The notes under the pieces were generated by a model, which saw only the letters and a list, made by a program, of their open reading frames with translations, had not been told where the DNA came from and did not search any database. A DNA stretch of 63,387 nucleotides, the filler included, from Octopus bimaculoides (taxonomy: Eukaryota), in NCBI RefSeq assembly GCF_001194135.2. It is 5 parts of 5 records of this genome, joined end to end, with 100 filler letters (N's around TTAATTAATTAA, not from the genome) between each part and the next. Parts side by side here need not be neighbours in the genome. Positions count along the whole stretch, not along the records: positions 41,743 to 60,795 come from NC_068993.1; positions 60,896 to 62,220 come from NW_026435279.1; positions 62,321 to 63,387 come from NW_026439491.1; 2 more parts are not named here. One strand, written 5' to 3'. A program made the translations under genes and the position numbers. Positions 52,897 through 63,387 of the stretch are shown here, one piece after another. Position 1 is the stretch's first letter; every line of letters begins with the position of its first letter.

Positions 52897-54862
52897 TACG
52901 CTCTGCATTTAGCCTTGAGCTCAGACGTCATTGAAGCTGAATTTACTTTTTATCCTTCTAGGGCAGATAATGCAAGTACCAATGATATATACTGCAGCAT
53001 ATTCGTTCAACCAAATTAGTCTAACACATATTTGTGAGTACAAGGTCGTATATCGAAAGAAGGGATTAGTCGATTGAACCAAAATCTGTCAATATTCCTG
53101 CTACATAACTACAGTGAACGAATATTAAGTTGACATAGTTTTAAAACATATAGTTCGGTCGCCGACTAAATAACCACCGTATTATGACAGTGAGTATAAT
53201 GTCTCTGTTTCGGAAAGCTACTTGACACTAATTCAACAGCTTGTAGTCTTTGCCGTCAAAATTATGATTTCAAATCTTCTCATCGAGAGTTTTATTGTAA
53301 CAAATTTGTGTAATCCAATAGAATTCACCCAGTCTACAAGAATAACCTTTTATCCAAAGCAAGAGAAAAGTCCATGAGTTAGCGGGGAAGAATAAAATAG
53401 TGATCTATATAATTCTCAGTATTAAGTTTCGGCCACAATGTTCGGAGTTCAAATCCTGCAAACATTACTGTGAATAACACTTGTTAGTTTCTGTTGTCTA
53501 AATGATCGTAAGAAAATTATAGTTACTGGAGTGAGGAAGAGATGGAAGAATCGGATGGAATTGTTAATGTTCTTGTTGTTGCTAAATATTCAAATAAGCT
53601 GTGACAAAGTAGATTTATGATGAAAGCCGTTCCTGCAACAACTATCTAAAATTTTTGTATATCTAGGACTGCTTGGAAAACACTTTCTCAAGGGGGTCAG
53701 ATACGTGATTCGAAAACAACTATTTGTCTGTTATTTCTTACAGGTTGAACGAATACACAGAAGTTACTTTGGCAAGAAAATGTAAAAATCTCACCTTTCG
53801 TTTTTAAGAGACAAGCGAATCACTGTAAGTATCCAATGAATCTCGTTCGTAAAATACGTTTTTTGTGTCAAATATTCGCTGTTAAATACCTATTCTTGAA
53901 AGTTATTTCGTATTAGAATGACATATTATTGATAAACAGACTTTTCTCAGAATTAGGAAAAAGAAATCTCCAGAACAATTCGAATATGCTTTTTGTCAAG
54001 TGGATATTGTACATTTCACTATTTAAGCACCGTTCAGATGTTCTGTCAGAAGGTCAAGTTATATTTTCTTCTGTGAATAGTGCAAACAGCATAGGATGGC
54101 CAGTTTATATACTTCTGAATCTACGGTACATTTAAAAAAGAAGGCAGTCAATTTGGTTATTGAACAGGGCGGATAAAACCTACGCCACTGAATCAACACC
54201 AATTGTAAATGATATTTGCACATAATGGTGAGCAGTACAATCGTATCAAAAGCTATACGGTGAAGTGAACTTCATTCCCTCACAACTATTTAACCTATCT
54301 TTAAATCTATGAGTAGACAAGATTATCAGACTATGTTTTAAGATACAGCATGAAATATATCTCATATTAAACGAATTAGTACAATCCACATTACTCAAAT
54401 GAGTATTCTCTGGAATTCTGAATACGCGTTTTAGCAAATTTTAATATTTTGCATTAACTACACAATATTAAGCATAGTTGTACATTAAATACATTAACTT
54501 TACCTAGAAATCTCTAACTTCCACGCCAAGAATCTGATAGGGCTTTTACTTCCTTCACAGAATAATGATTTCACCCTTCAACATTCAAAAAGGCCATATA
54601 CGGCCAAAATATTCTGCCTCTTTTAAGTTCAAATTAGCCAGATCCAAAATCTCACACTTATTTTACAATGTTATAGTAACAATAAATTATCGCATGACTG
54701 AGATCTTAAAGCCACAAGATAATGCAGGAGTAATTCAAGACAATGTTGCTTTTGATAGAGTACTGTGAATGCTAAAGGGTTAAGCAAAAATGATTTTCTA
54801 CATAACGAGAATATAAGACAAAATATTTTAAAATCAACGTTAACATACAAAATGTAACTTAC

Positions 54863-54950
54863 CCAATTTTAAGCAGGAGTAGGTATCTTTTCCTGGTAAA
54901 CACATTTCCTCACTCTTACATGGACGATTGAAGCAGTTTCCAGCAATACG
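54863..54950 (-). CDS. Exon 2 (4-Cys truncated EGF-like module) of the PAN-EGF-Sushi gene
   Basis: ccattatcag|CGT..TTG G|gtaagt; 88 nt, phase 0-1; RIAGNCFNRPCKSEEMCLPGKDTYSCLKL. Bridges the phases of exons 1 and 3 exactly. Confidence 0.85.
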
Positions 54951-55283
54951 CTGATAATGGACACAAGAATAACAGTTTTGTTTTACAAGAAGGATTAAGT
55001 AATACGGCAGCTTCTACTTTTATAGACAATGATTAGAATATCACCTATTCAAAGCTTTCTTCAAAGCCTCGCAATAATAAATGCACCAGAGAAGGAAAAC
55101 AACTGAGAAGCTTTCTCTAAATGATTATTTATGTGAAACCTAGTCAACGAAATGAAGGCAGCATTTTAAAAATATATAAAAGAGATTCGTAATAAATCTC
55201 TATATTCATAGAGATCTCTCTGAGAGATTTAGAAATATATTGCTATTTTCGAAAATCAGTGAATATATTTCACTTGAAATATA

Positions 55284-55421
55284 TATGTTTTCAAAGGCGG
55301 ATAAGCACCGACGACTAGCAAGCCATGCTACTCCCGACTGATGATGAGTAATGACTCTGAAACTCGTCTCTGGGTGCTAGCTTTGCTGGGTGGAGGTGCT
55401 TATCTCCACTTTGAAAACATA
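55284..55421 (+). ncRNA. 138-nt hairpin with an apical minimal hammerhead motif (55333-55374)
   Basis: Outer inverted repeat TATGTTTTCAAAGGCGGATAAGCACC / GGTGCTTATCTCCACTTTGAAAACATA; HHR CCCGA / CTGATGA / T-GAGT-AATG-ACTC-T / GAAAC-TC-GTC / TCTGGG. Confidence 0.65.
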
Positions 55422-55549
55422 AGGACACAGGAAATGTGTCAAGTCCATCAGGAAACGGTATTTTCTAGGGCTAAATAACAGAAGAATTCTTCCCTTTTAT
55501 GGGGCGGTCTCATTAAGTTGATAACAAACTATCACTTCATCAATATTCT

Positions 55550-57830
55550 AGTTAAGATAAATCTTAGCAACTGCATTGTAGAAACTGAGAGGTGCATAAT
55601 GGAGAGCATCTAGCAATACAGAAATAACGAATCTCATGAACCAGCATACCAAAATCACACACAATATCCTTGTCTGCTGGATCACAGATGATTCTATGTA
55701 GACATGTTCTGGTTGATCCGATGCAGTTTGGCCATGTCTATATTGGCACATTCAGGAAATTGCATCGCTACTTGTCGGACAGTCGGAAGGAGTACTCCGG
55801 TCTTCTTTGAACCAGCCATTGACAAACTAAATTTTCATACAAAAAGGTACCCAAGTCACTCACTAGCACTAAAGAGAGGAACATTCTGAGGAAAAACCTT
55901 CATTCTTCTGAAGAAATATGGCTGTCTCACACCGGTTGAAGCATAAACGGCTAGTAGGCCTAGGCCATCACCTTTGATACTGTTCATGTCCAGGATCACC
56001 ATCTTACTTCCTGCATCCAAGTAGATGATCTATATCGTGAGATCCAGACTCTTCCGAAACAACAGAGTGTCCCAATTCCAGTTGACATGGAAATAAGTTG
56101 ATCTTGTATCTACCGAAAATGAATATGACGTCTTGTCGATCAAAAACTTTTTTGATAATAACCACCAAATGGATATCTAGTGATATGAGATCACTGGGCA
56201 GGTTGCACCGATTCCAAGATCATCCTAGGCCACATGCATTTACACTGCCTATTCTGAGTTCGACCATGTTCGACATGGGGTAGTGAAAAAGAATCAGTTA
56301 CCTTATTCCTATGGAGGAACACTTTTTGTCTCCCACCACGCTTGGAAACTTGAATGCCATCAAGCGCTCATAATCTTAGCGAATCAGGCAATGAAGTCGG
56401 TAGAAGAGCCATGTTAGCGTTCTATGGATGGTTATTGTGTGCGAGTGGGTGTGTCAAAGGTACGGCGTTCTCATTGAAAATCAGGGCGTTGATGAAAATC
56501 AGTCGGCTGGTTTGGTCTGGAGAACTTTCGGGCTGGACACACACATACATATATATGAACATATACATCTATCTATATATCTGTCTGTCTGTCTTGTATT
56601 CAGGTAGAAACCTTGCTGTTGCTTTTGTTGCTGTCTGGTGTGAGGAAGCCATAGAGGTTGGTGAGTTGGTTATTTCGTTTGCTGTTGTTACTTCCATTGT
56701 TGTTGTTGTTGTTATGTTGGAGTTGCTGACAGCAGCGTGGTTTTCTCTTTTGTTTACTTGGGGTAGAAAGCCCTTAAATGATTTGTTTGGCCACAAATGT
56801 GACATCCCAGCTTTTTAACCTCTACTACTACAAATAATCTTGCACCTGCAAGGAACTCTATTAGATTTGGAATCTCATGTGCAATTGCGAAATCTGCATG
56901 CAACAAGAGTTCCATCCCTCTGCCATACCAGTTTTCTTTTTAAAATCTGTATTTGTAGAATTTTAATTCCGTCCTCTATGCCGTACAACACGACCGCTGT
57001 CTGCAAGATGTCCACTATTGGTCGCACCTCCGCTACCTTCACTTTAACGACCATCCGACCGAGGTACGTGAGAATCATATACAATACCTCTGTTTTCAGG
57101 GTTGTCATGGCATTTTCTATGGCCAGTTCTTCGGTTGAAAATCGCACCTCTACCGTGCCAAAGCTTTAATCACGGATGACATAGCATTTTTTGTTCCATA
57201 CAGGTCTCAAGCATTTTTCGACCTGGACTTTTGTAGTTCTTTCTATTTTACTTGTTTTCAAAGATGTACATCTGTATATAATTGTCATCACGTTTCCTCT
57301 TGCCCCTCCTCTAGCGTGTTTAAGTGGACTGTCGTGCCAGTTCTGGTTAGATACATATTTTGCTCTAGCCAACTCTTCTTTTGATAATTCCATCTCCTCC
57401 GTTCTCTGACAAATCTGAGCGAACCCACTATGTGTTTGCTAAGAAAAAGCAACTGTTGTCTGTGCTTTGCTAACTTTTTCTTTCTTTGACGTGGTGGTGG
57501 TTGTGGTGGTGATAAAATCTGCTTCACCTTCCTGCTTCACCTTCCTGCTTATAGCTGTTGTTGTTGCTCTGGCAAGTCGTCGTGGTAGCAGTGGTGGTAG
57601 TAGTGCTGCTGTTCTCCTCCACTCCCTCCTTCACGACCCCGTCGGTGCTGATGGTGGTGATGATGCTGTTATTGCTGCTGCTTCTCTTCCTCTCTTCAAC
57701 CACATTAGGTAGCGAAAGGAACAACATCTCACAGAGGCTGTTGCAAAAAGCGTCGGCACCCTCGATTTGAGAAGCCATGTTGCAAATTTTCTTCAAAATA
57801 TAGAATTGTGAGTTGTTAAAAGTCAAAATT
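55550..57830 (-). mobile_element. Tx1/L1-clade LINE 5' part: ORF1 (gag-like, zinc knuckle) plus start of ORF2 (APE)
   Basis: ORF1 ..SFGTVEVRFSTEELAIE.. and CHICGQTNHLRAFY (56763-56804); ORF2 MSNMVELRIGSVNACGL from 56276. Many stops. Confidence 0.8.
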
Positions 57831-57936
57831 CTCCCTTAAATGGCGAATTTTTTACCACCCCAGCTGGCCCNNNNNNNNNNNNNNNNNNNNNNNNNNNNNN
57901 NNNNNNNNNNNNNNNNNNNNNNNNNNNNNNNNNNNN

Positions 57937-57995
57937 TAAAACAAGTTTGAACAAAAATTAACAGACCTCCGAACACGAGGCCGACAGCTCCAGAC

Positions 57996-58066
<71 letters not shown>

Positions 58067-58494
58067 GATCTCAAATTTTAAAACATAATTTTCTTACGGT
58101 TTCTTAAACATTCTCTAGAACAACATTATGTACAAATCCAAATATATGGTACCCTAGGCATAACACCTACATGAACTTCTAACTTGTTGTCTCTTGAGGT
58201 CTCTGGGTGAGACTTGGATCCAACTTGTACAAATGCAAAACAAAAGTCAAACATAAAATAATAATAATAATAATAATAAATGCATAACAAAATACAAATA
58301 CAAAACAAAAACACCAAGACTTACAAGTATATATAACATACAGAAAATTGCACTACTAGGTACTGCACACATCCTGCGCTAAGCACTTTCAATACAGTAA
58401 CCATAAGAGTATCACAGCAAGCCACAACACATACCCAAGGCACACAGAGCTGCGCTGGGTAGTGAAGTGAAAGCACGCTATAAAGATAAAACTA

Positions 58495-58576
<82 letters not shown>

Positions 58577-58992
58577 GGGATATGCCAATACACACATCTG
58601 GGATATGCCAATACACTAATCTGGGATATGCCAATACACACAGATAGAGAAATTAAGGCAAATAGACCAGATATAGTTGTCAAAGATTATGAAGAAAAAA
58701 ATGCTTTCTAATTGATGTATCAATACCAGCAGATGACAACGTTTCTCTAAAAGAAATGGAAAAACTTTCAAAATACAAAGACCTAGAAATAGAGATAACT
58801 CGAATGTGGAATCTAAAAACAGAAACAATTCCTATCATAGTAGGTGCCTTAGGTATAATAAAAAATACTCAGACAAATACATAACAAAAACACCAGGACT
58901 TACAAATATATATAACATACAGAAAATTGCACTACTGGGTACTGCACACATTCTACGCAAAACACTTTCAATACAGTAAACATAAGAGCATC
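57937..58992 (+). mobile_element. Stacked 5'-truncated R4/Dong-like LINE 3' ends separated by (AAT)n tracts
   Basis: [66 protein letters not shown]; the 3' end is repeated at 58310-58495. Confidence 0.85.
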
Positions 58993-59768
58993 NNNNNNNN
59001 NNNNNNNNNNNNNNNNNNNNNNNNNNNNNNNNNNNNNNNNNNNNNNNNNNNNNNNNNNNNNNNNNNNNNNNNNNNNNNNNNNNNNNNNNNNNNNNNNNNN
59101 NNNNNNNNNNNNNNNNNNNNNNNNNNNNNNNNNNNNNNNNNNNNNNNNNNNNNNNNNNNNNNNNNNNNNNNNNNNNNNNNNNNNNNNNNNNNNNNNNNNN
59201 NNNNNNNNNNNNNNNNNNNNNNNNNNNNNNNNNNNNNNNNNNNNNNNNNNNNNNNNNNNNNNNNNNNNNNNNNNNNNNNNNNNNNNNNNNNNNNNNNNNN
59301 NNNNNNNNNNNNNNNNNNNNNNNNNNNNNNNNNNNNNNNNNNNNNNNNNNNNNNNNNNNNNNNNNNNNNNNNNNNNNNNNNNNNNNNNNNNNNNNNNNNN
59401 NNNNNNNNNNNNNNNNNNNNNNNNNNNNNNNNNNNNNNNNNNNNNNNNNNNNNNNNNNNNNNNNNNNNNNNNNNNNNNNNNNNNNNNNNNNNNNNNNNNN
59501 NNNNNNNNNNNNNNNNNNNNNNNNNNNNNNNNNNNNNNNNNNNNNNNNNNNNNNNNNNNNNNNNNNNNNNNNNNNNNNNNNNNNNNNNNNNNNNNNNNNN
59601 NNNNNNNNNNNNNNNNNNNNNNNNNNNNNNNNNNNNNNNNNNNNNNNNNNNNNNNNNNNNNNNNNNNNNNNNNNNNNNNNNNNNNNNNNNNNNNNNNNNN
59701 NNNNNNNNNNNNNNNNNNNNNNNNNNNNNNNNNNNNNNNNNNNNNNNNNNNNNNNNNNNNNNNNNNNN

Positions 59769-60112
59769 CAGAAGTAGTGGGGGAGCATCATAGCCATGTG
59801 TTGAGAGGAGTTCTTTGGGGTTTGAATAATTCACCTTTGGAAACATGGGTGTTTTGCTCAACATCCTTAAACAAACCTTATTCAGGGACCTTTTGAGCGG
59901 GATGGGCTACCCGACCTGAAAAAAATTCTAGCTGGGCCCCACCTGAGAGTTCATGCTCTGTTTATCTTGATATGACATCACCATGTCACGCACATATGGT
60001 TGTGATGCATGTGCCTGGTGTACCCTTATCAGACGGGTAGTCATGATGGGTATAGTGGGCTTGGTATATTTTACCCCAGTGTCACTTTGATGGCATGCAC
60101 TGCTCTCTCACT
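59769..60112. repeat. Interspersed repeat abutting (AAT)n, class and orientation uncertain
   Basis: GC-richer block between a gap and the (AAT/AAC)n tract; no diagnostic protein motif. Confidence 0.4.
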
Positions 60113-60113
60113 C

Positions 60114-60203
<90 letters not shown>

Positions 60204-60219
60204 AATAATAATAATAATA

Positions 60220-60250
<31 letters not shown>
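60113..60250. repeat. (AAT)n-(AAC)n-(AAT)n compound microsatellite in intron 1
   Basis: Directly visible; it produces the spurious poly-Leu tail of ORF 60071-60685. Confidence 0.95.
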
Positions 60251-60355
60251 GAAGAAGAATGCTATAAAATGATTTGCGGATTTTGAATGTATCATCACCA
60301 AAATTGAAAGGACACGTAAAGACAAAACACTAATAAAGTAATTTTTCACACTGAC

Positions 60356-60658
60356 CGGATTCCAGGTTTCGATTAAACTCGATACATAGTTGGTATCCTT
60401 TTGAAGCAATTTTTTCCAACGTTGGTGAAGATTACACTCACTTTTCTGGCCACAGAAACTGAATCCTATACATTGTTGTCTATAAAAACAAAGCATGGCA
60501 CATTGTGTAATGTTGGAGCTATTTAACTGCGCAAATATACCGTGCAGTATACGCCCTTCATGATAAATCCCGTCACATTTGGTATAATTTTTTGAGTAAA
60601 CTAATAAGCCGTTATAATATAACAGTAAGAGTAGACACATCGATAGTGCTGTATTCAT
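60356..60658 (-). CDS. Exon 1 (signal peptide + PAN/Apple domain) of a secreted PAN-EGF-Sushi protein
   Basis: ATG at 60658: MNTALSMCLLLLLYYNGLLVYS-KNYTKCDG..SNITQCAMLCFYRQQCIGFSFCGQKSECNLH..WNP|gtcagt (phase 0). The C-x3-C-x5-C-x-GF..C-x-L pattern is PAN-like. Confidence 0.85.
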
Positions 60659-60895
60659 GATGATCGAAGAAATAATGTAAAGCAACGTTAAGGTTGATGG
60701 ATATCTATTCTATGTTCAGTTGTTGGTGAAAAGAAGACGCTATTCATATGAAGAGACAGAACAAGTGATTTATATATATATATATATATATATATNNNNN
60801 NNNNNNNNNNNNNNNNNNNNNNNNNNNNNNNNNNNNNNNTTAATTAATTAANNNNNNNNNNNNNNNNNNNNNNNNNNNNNNNNNNNNNNNNNNNN

Positions 60896-60965
60896 GCTAG
60901 GTATTTCTCCTGCAGCTGTCTTACCAGAAAAATGGCATCAGTGGTACTTTTACCTGGCACGAATC
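60896..60965 (-). mobile_element. Short RTE RT fragment
   Basis: GFVPGKSTTDAIFLVRQLQEKYL. Confidence 0.7.
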
Positions 60966-61399
60966 CAGAATCGTCGCAAGGTATGGAAGGTTTTCGAAGG
61001 ACCGGAGAGATTATGTCCGGGTGGAGAATTATACCAGATATAGTACTATACAGAATACCGAAAGGATCTTCACCTGTTACATCACACATTTCTTCCTACT
61101 TCAACATCGAGATGGTATAATTTCGTGGGAGAGAGATAATTTTGCGGCTGAGGATAGTGTTACATTGTAGATTATACACATATTATATTATGTTATATTA
61201 TATTATATTATATTATATTATACACATGTAGAGCTTGAAACACGTGTACCGCGGAATCCTTTATAGTTTTGTTGTTATTTTTTTGTTTTGGATTTACAAT
61301 TTATATATATATATATATATATAATGGTAGTCTCTTGAGTCTACCAAGACAGTGTTCTGCAATTTCTTGCTTAACAACCTACACAAATGACTTGTTTAT

Positions 61400-62220
61400 A
61401 GTGATCAAATGTTCATGCTGCACAATGATTTCAAATTTTGGCACAAGTCTAGCAATGTTAGGGAATTAGTATTCCACTGGTACTTGCCATTCAACTCTGA
61501 AAGGATGAATGGCAAAGCTGACATCAGCAGTATTTGAACTTAGAATGTAAAGAGGTAGAAGTAATGTCACTCAGCCTTTTGTCAACCATACTAAGAATTC
61601 TGTCAGCATGACACTTTAATAATAATAATGATCCTTTCTACTGCAGGCACAAGGCCTGAAATTTGCGGTGAGCAGGGGGCTAGTCAATTACATTAACCTC
61701 ATGCTCAACTAGTAATTATTTCATTGACCCCAAAAGGATTGAAGGGGAAAGTCAACCTTGGCAGCATTTGAACTTGGAATGCAAAACCAGAAGAAATGCC
61801 ACTAAACATTTTGTCTCGCATGGAAATGATCTGCCAGCTTGTCTCCTTAATAATAAGAATAAGGATGATAACAATTTCAAATTTTGGCACAAGGCCAGCA
61901 ATTTTAGGGGAGGGGATAAGTCAATTACATTGACCCCAGTATTCAATTAGTACTTATTTTATCAATCCTGAATGGACAAAAGGCAAAGTCAACGTCATCA
62001 GAATTTGGACTCAGAATGTAAGGATGGACAAAATGCTGCTAAGCATTTTTCCCAGTGTGCTATTCTGCCAGCTAATAATAATAATAATGATAAGAAGGAG
62101 AATCCTTTCTACTAAAGGTACAAGTCCTGAAATTTGAAGAAGGGGATAGTCAATTACATCGACCCCAGTACTCAGCTGGTACTTATTTTATCAAGCCGGA
62201 AGGATGAAAAGCAAAGTCAA
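61400..62220 (-). mobile_element. Head-to-tail array of about four decayed SINE family B copies
   Basis: AATAATAAT..GGCACAAGG(C)CTGAAATTT..CAATTACAT..GAAAGGATG..AAAGTCAAC units recur every ~220-240 nt. Confidence 0.75.
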
Positions 62221-63134
62221 NNNNNNNNNNNNNNNNNNNNNNNNNNNNNNNNNNNNNNNNNNNNTTAATTAATTAANNNNNNNNNNNNNNNNNNNNNNNN
62301 NNNNNNNNNNNNNNNNNNNNGTATGTATGTATGTATGTATGTGTGTATGTGTGCTCATGCTGTCAGTTCTTTGTAAAAAGAAAAGAAGAAGAATGGCGAA
62401 TGAGTTGGAAGAAAATTATTTTTAAAGAATTATCTTCGGATTATTGTATATAGTTGACACTGAACTATAAAAGAAACATTTATTTTTCGATTAAAAAAGC
62501 TTTATTTTGTTTTCGTGTTCTTCCAAGTGGATTCTTAATATTTTCTTCTGTAGTTTTATGTTTTATTCTATTTTTTTTTTCATTTCTGTTGCTTCGTGTG
62601 TTTCTTTTCCTTCAAAAGAAACGAAATAAAGAGGAAATGAAATATAAATATCTTGAATATCCATGCTATAATTATGTCCCTTCTACGTCAAAAAGTATTT
62701 GTTACATCGACAATGAAAGCGCATAAGATTTCCCTCGTCTCGTGTTAAGTTGTAAAATCTCGCTCACGCGTGACTTCATTGATTCACTTTCCATTTACTT
62801 CGTTTTTTTTTTCTTAATATTTCTTTTATGTTCTACTTTCTTTTTAATTCCTTCTTTCAGTTTTTATTATAAAAATAAAATAAAATAAAATAAAATAAAA
62901 TAAAATAAAAGCACTTCTTTATTTTTGGTTGTAAATTTGTTCCATTTGTGTCAAAATCTGTTTCTGCGATTTGTGACTGAAAATCTTTGTGTGGCCAGCA
63001 GGATATTTTTTGTTATGGTTTAAGGATTACATAAATCTCCTCCTAGAGTGCAACAACAACAACAACAACAACAGCAACAACAATAATAATAATCACAATA
63101 ATGTTGATGATGATGAAGATAACAATGATAATAA

Positions 63135-63345
63135 GAATCCATTCTACTATAGGCACAAGGCCTGAAATTTTGAGGGAAGAAGCTAGTTGATTACATCGAC
63201 CCTGATGCGTGACTGGTACTTATTTCACCGACCCCGAAAGGATGAAAAGGAAAGTCGACCTCGGCAGAATTTGAACTCAGAACCTCAAGGCGGATGACAT
63301 GGTTCTAAGCACTTTTCCCGGAGTGCTACCGATCGAGCCAGCTTA
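63135..63345 (-). mobile_element. SINE family B copy followed by (AAT)n
   Basis: GGCACAAGGCCTGAAATTT..CCCCGAAAGGATGAAAAGGAAAGTCGACCTCGGCAGAATTTGAACTCAG. Confidence 0.8.
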
Positions 63346-63353
63346 ATAATAAC

Positions 63354-63387
<34 letters not shown>

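Noticed and set aside
53744-53824. Plus-strand exon-like segment (ttcttacag|...|gtaagt)
   Set aside because: Stops in all three frames and no partner exons; it lies antisense within intron 2.
58577-58645. CRISPR-like short direct repeats
   Set aside because: Contiguous tandem units without unique spacers, derived from LINE coding sequence, in eukaryotic DNA.
60071-60355. C-terminal hydrophobic/poly-Leu 'transmembrane' tail of ORF 60071-60685
   Set aside because: It lies beyond the CCG|gtcagt donor and is the translation of intronic (AAT/AAC)n repeats; the listed start at 60685 is a TTG, and the real ATG is at 60658.

Overview
AT-rich, gap-ridden eukaryotic scaffold window dense in microsatellites and decayed transposons. 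The SINE families and simple-repeat load look like an octopus (coleoid cephalopod) genome; this is recognition of repeat types, not a database result. About 12 kb is N gaps, and some gaps carry an artificial TTAATTAATTAA linker. Only one host protein-coding gene is well supported: a minus-strand gene with three phase-consistent GT-AG exons (60356-60658, 54863-54950, 50845-51003) encoding signal peptide + PAN/Apple + 4-Cys truncated EGF-like + Sushi/CCP modules. Its 3' end is unresolved. The rest is nested TE debris: Tc1/mariner (including a complete DD37D maT-type copy and a 5'-5' foldback family), hAT MITE, RTE, Tx1/L1-like and R4/Dong-like LINEs, two Penelope-like elements, tRNA-derived SINEs and a decayed OTU protease domain. 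The most unusual signal is four independent minimal type-I hammerhead ribozyme motifs. Two lie downstream of Penelope-like GIY-YIG domains, one is inside a tRNA-headed SINE-like element with an intact core, and one sits at the apex of a 138-nt hairpin. Together they suggest a Penelope/retrozyme-like network of non-autonomous elements. Several long inverted repeats and a perfect double-CRE hairpin are also present.
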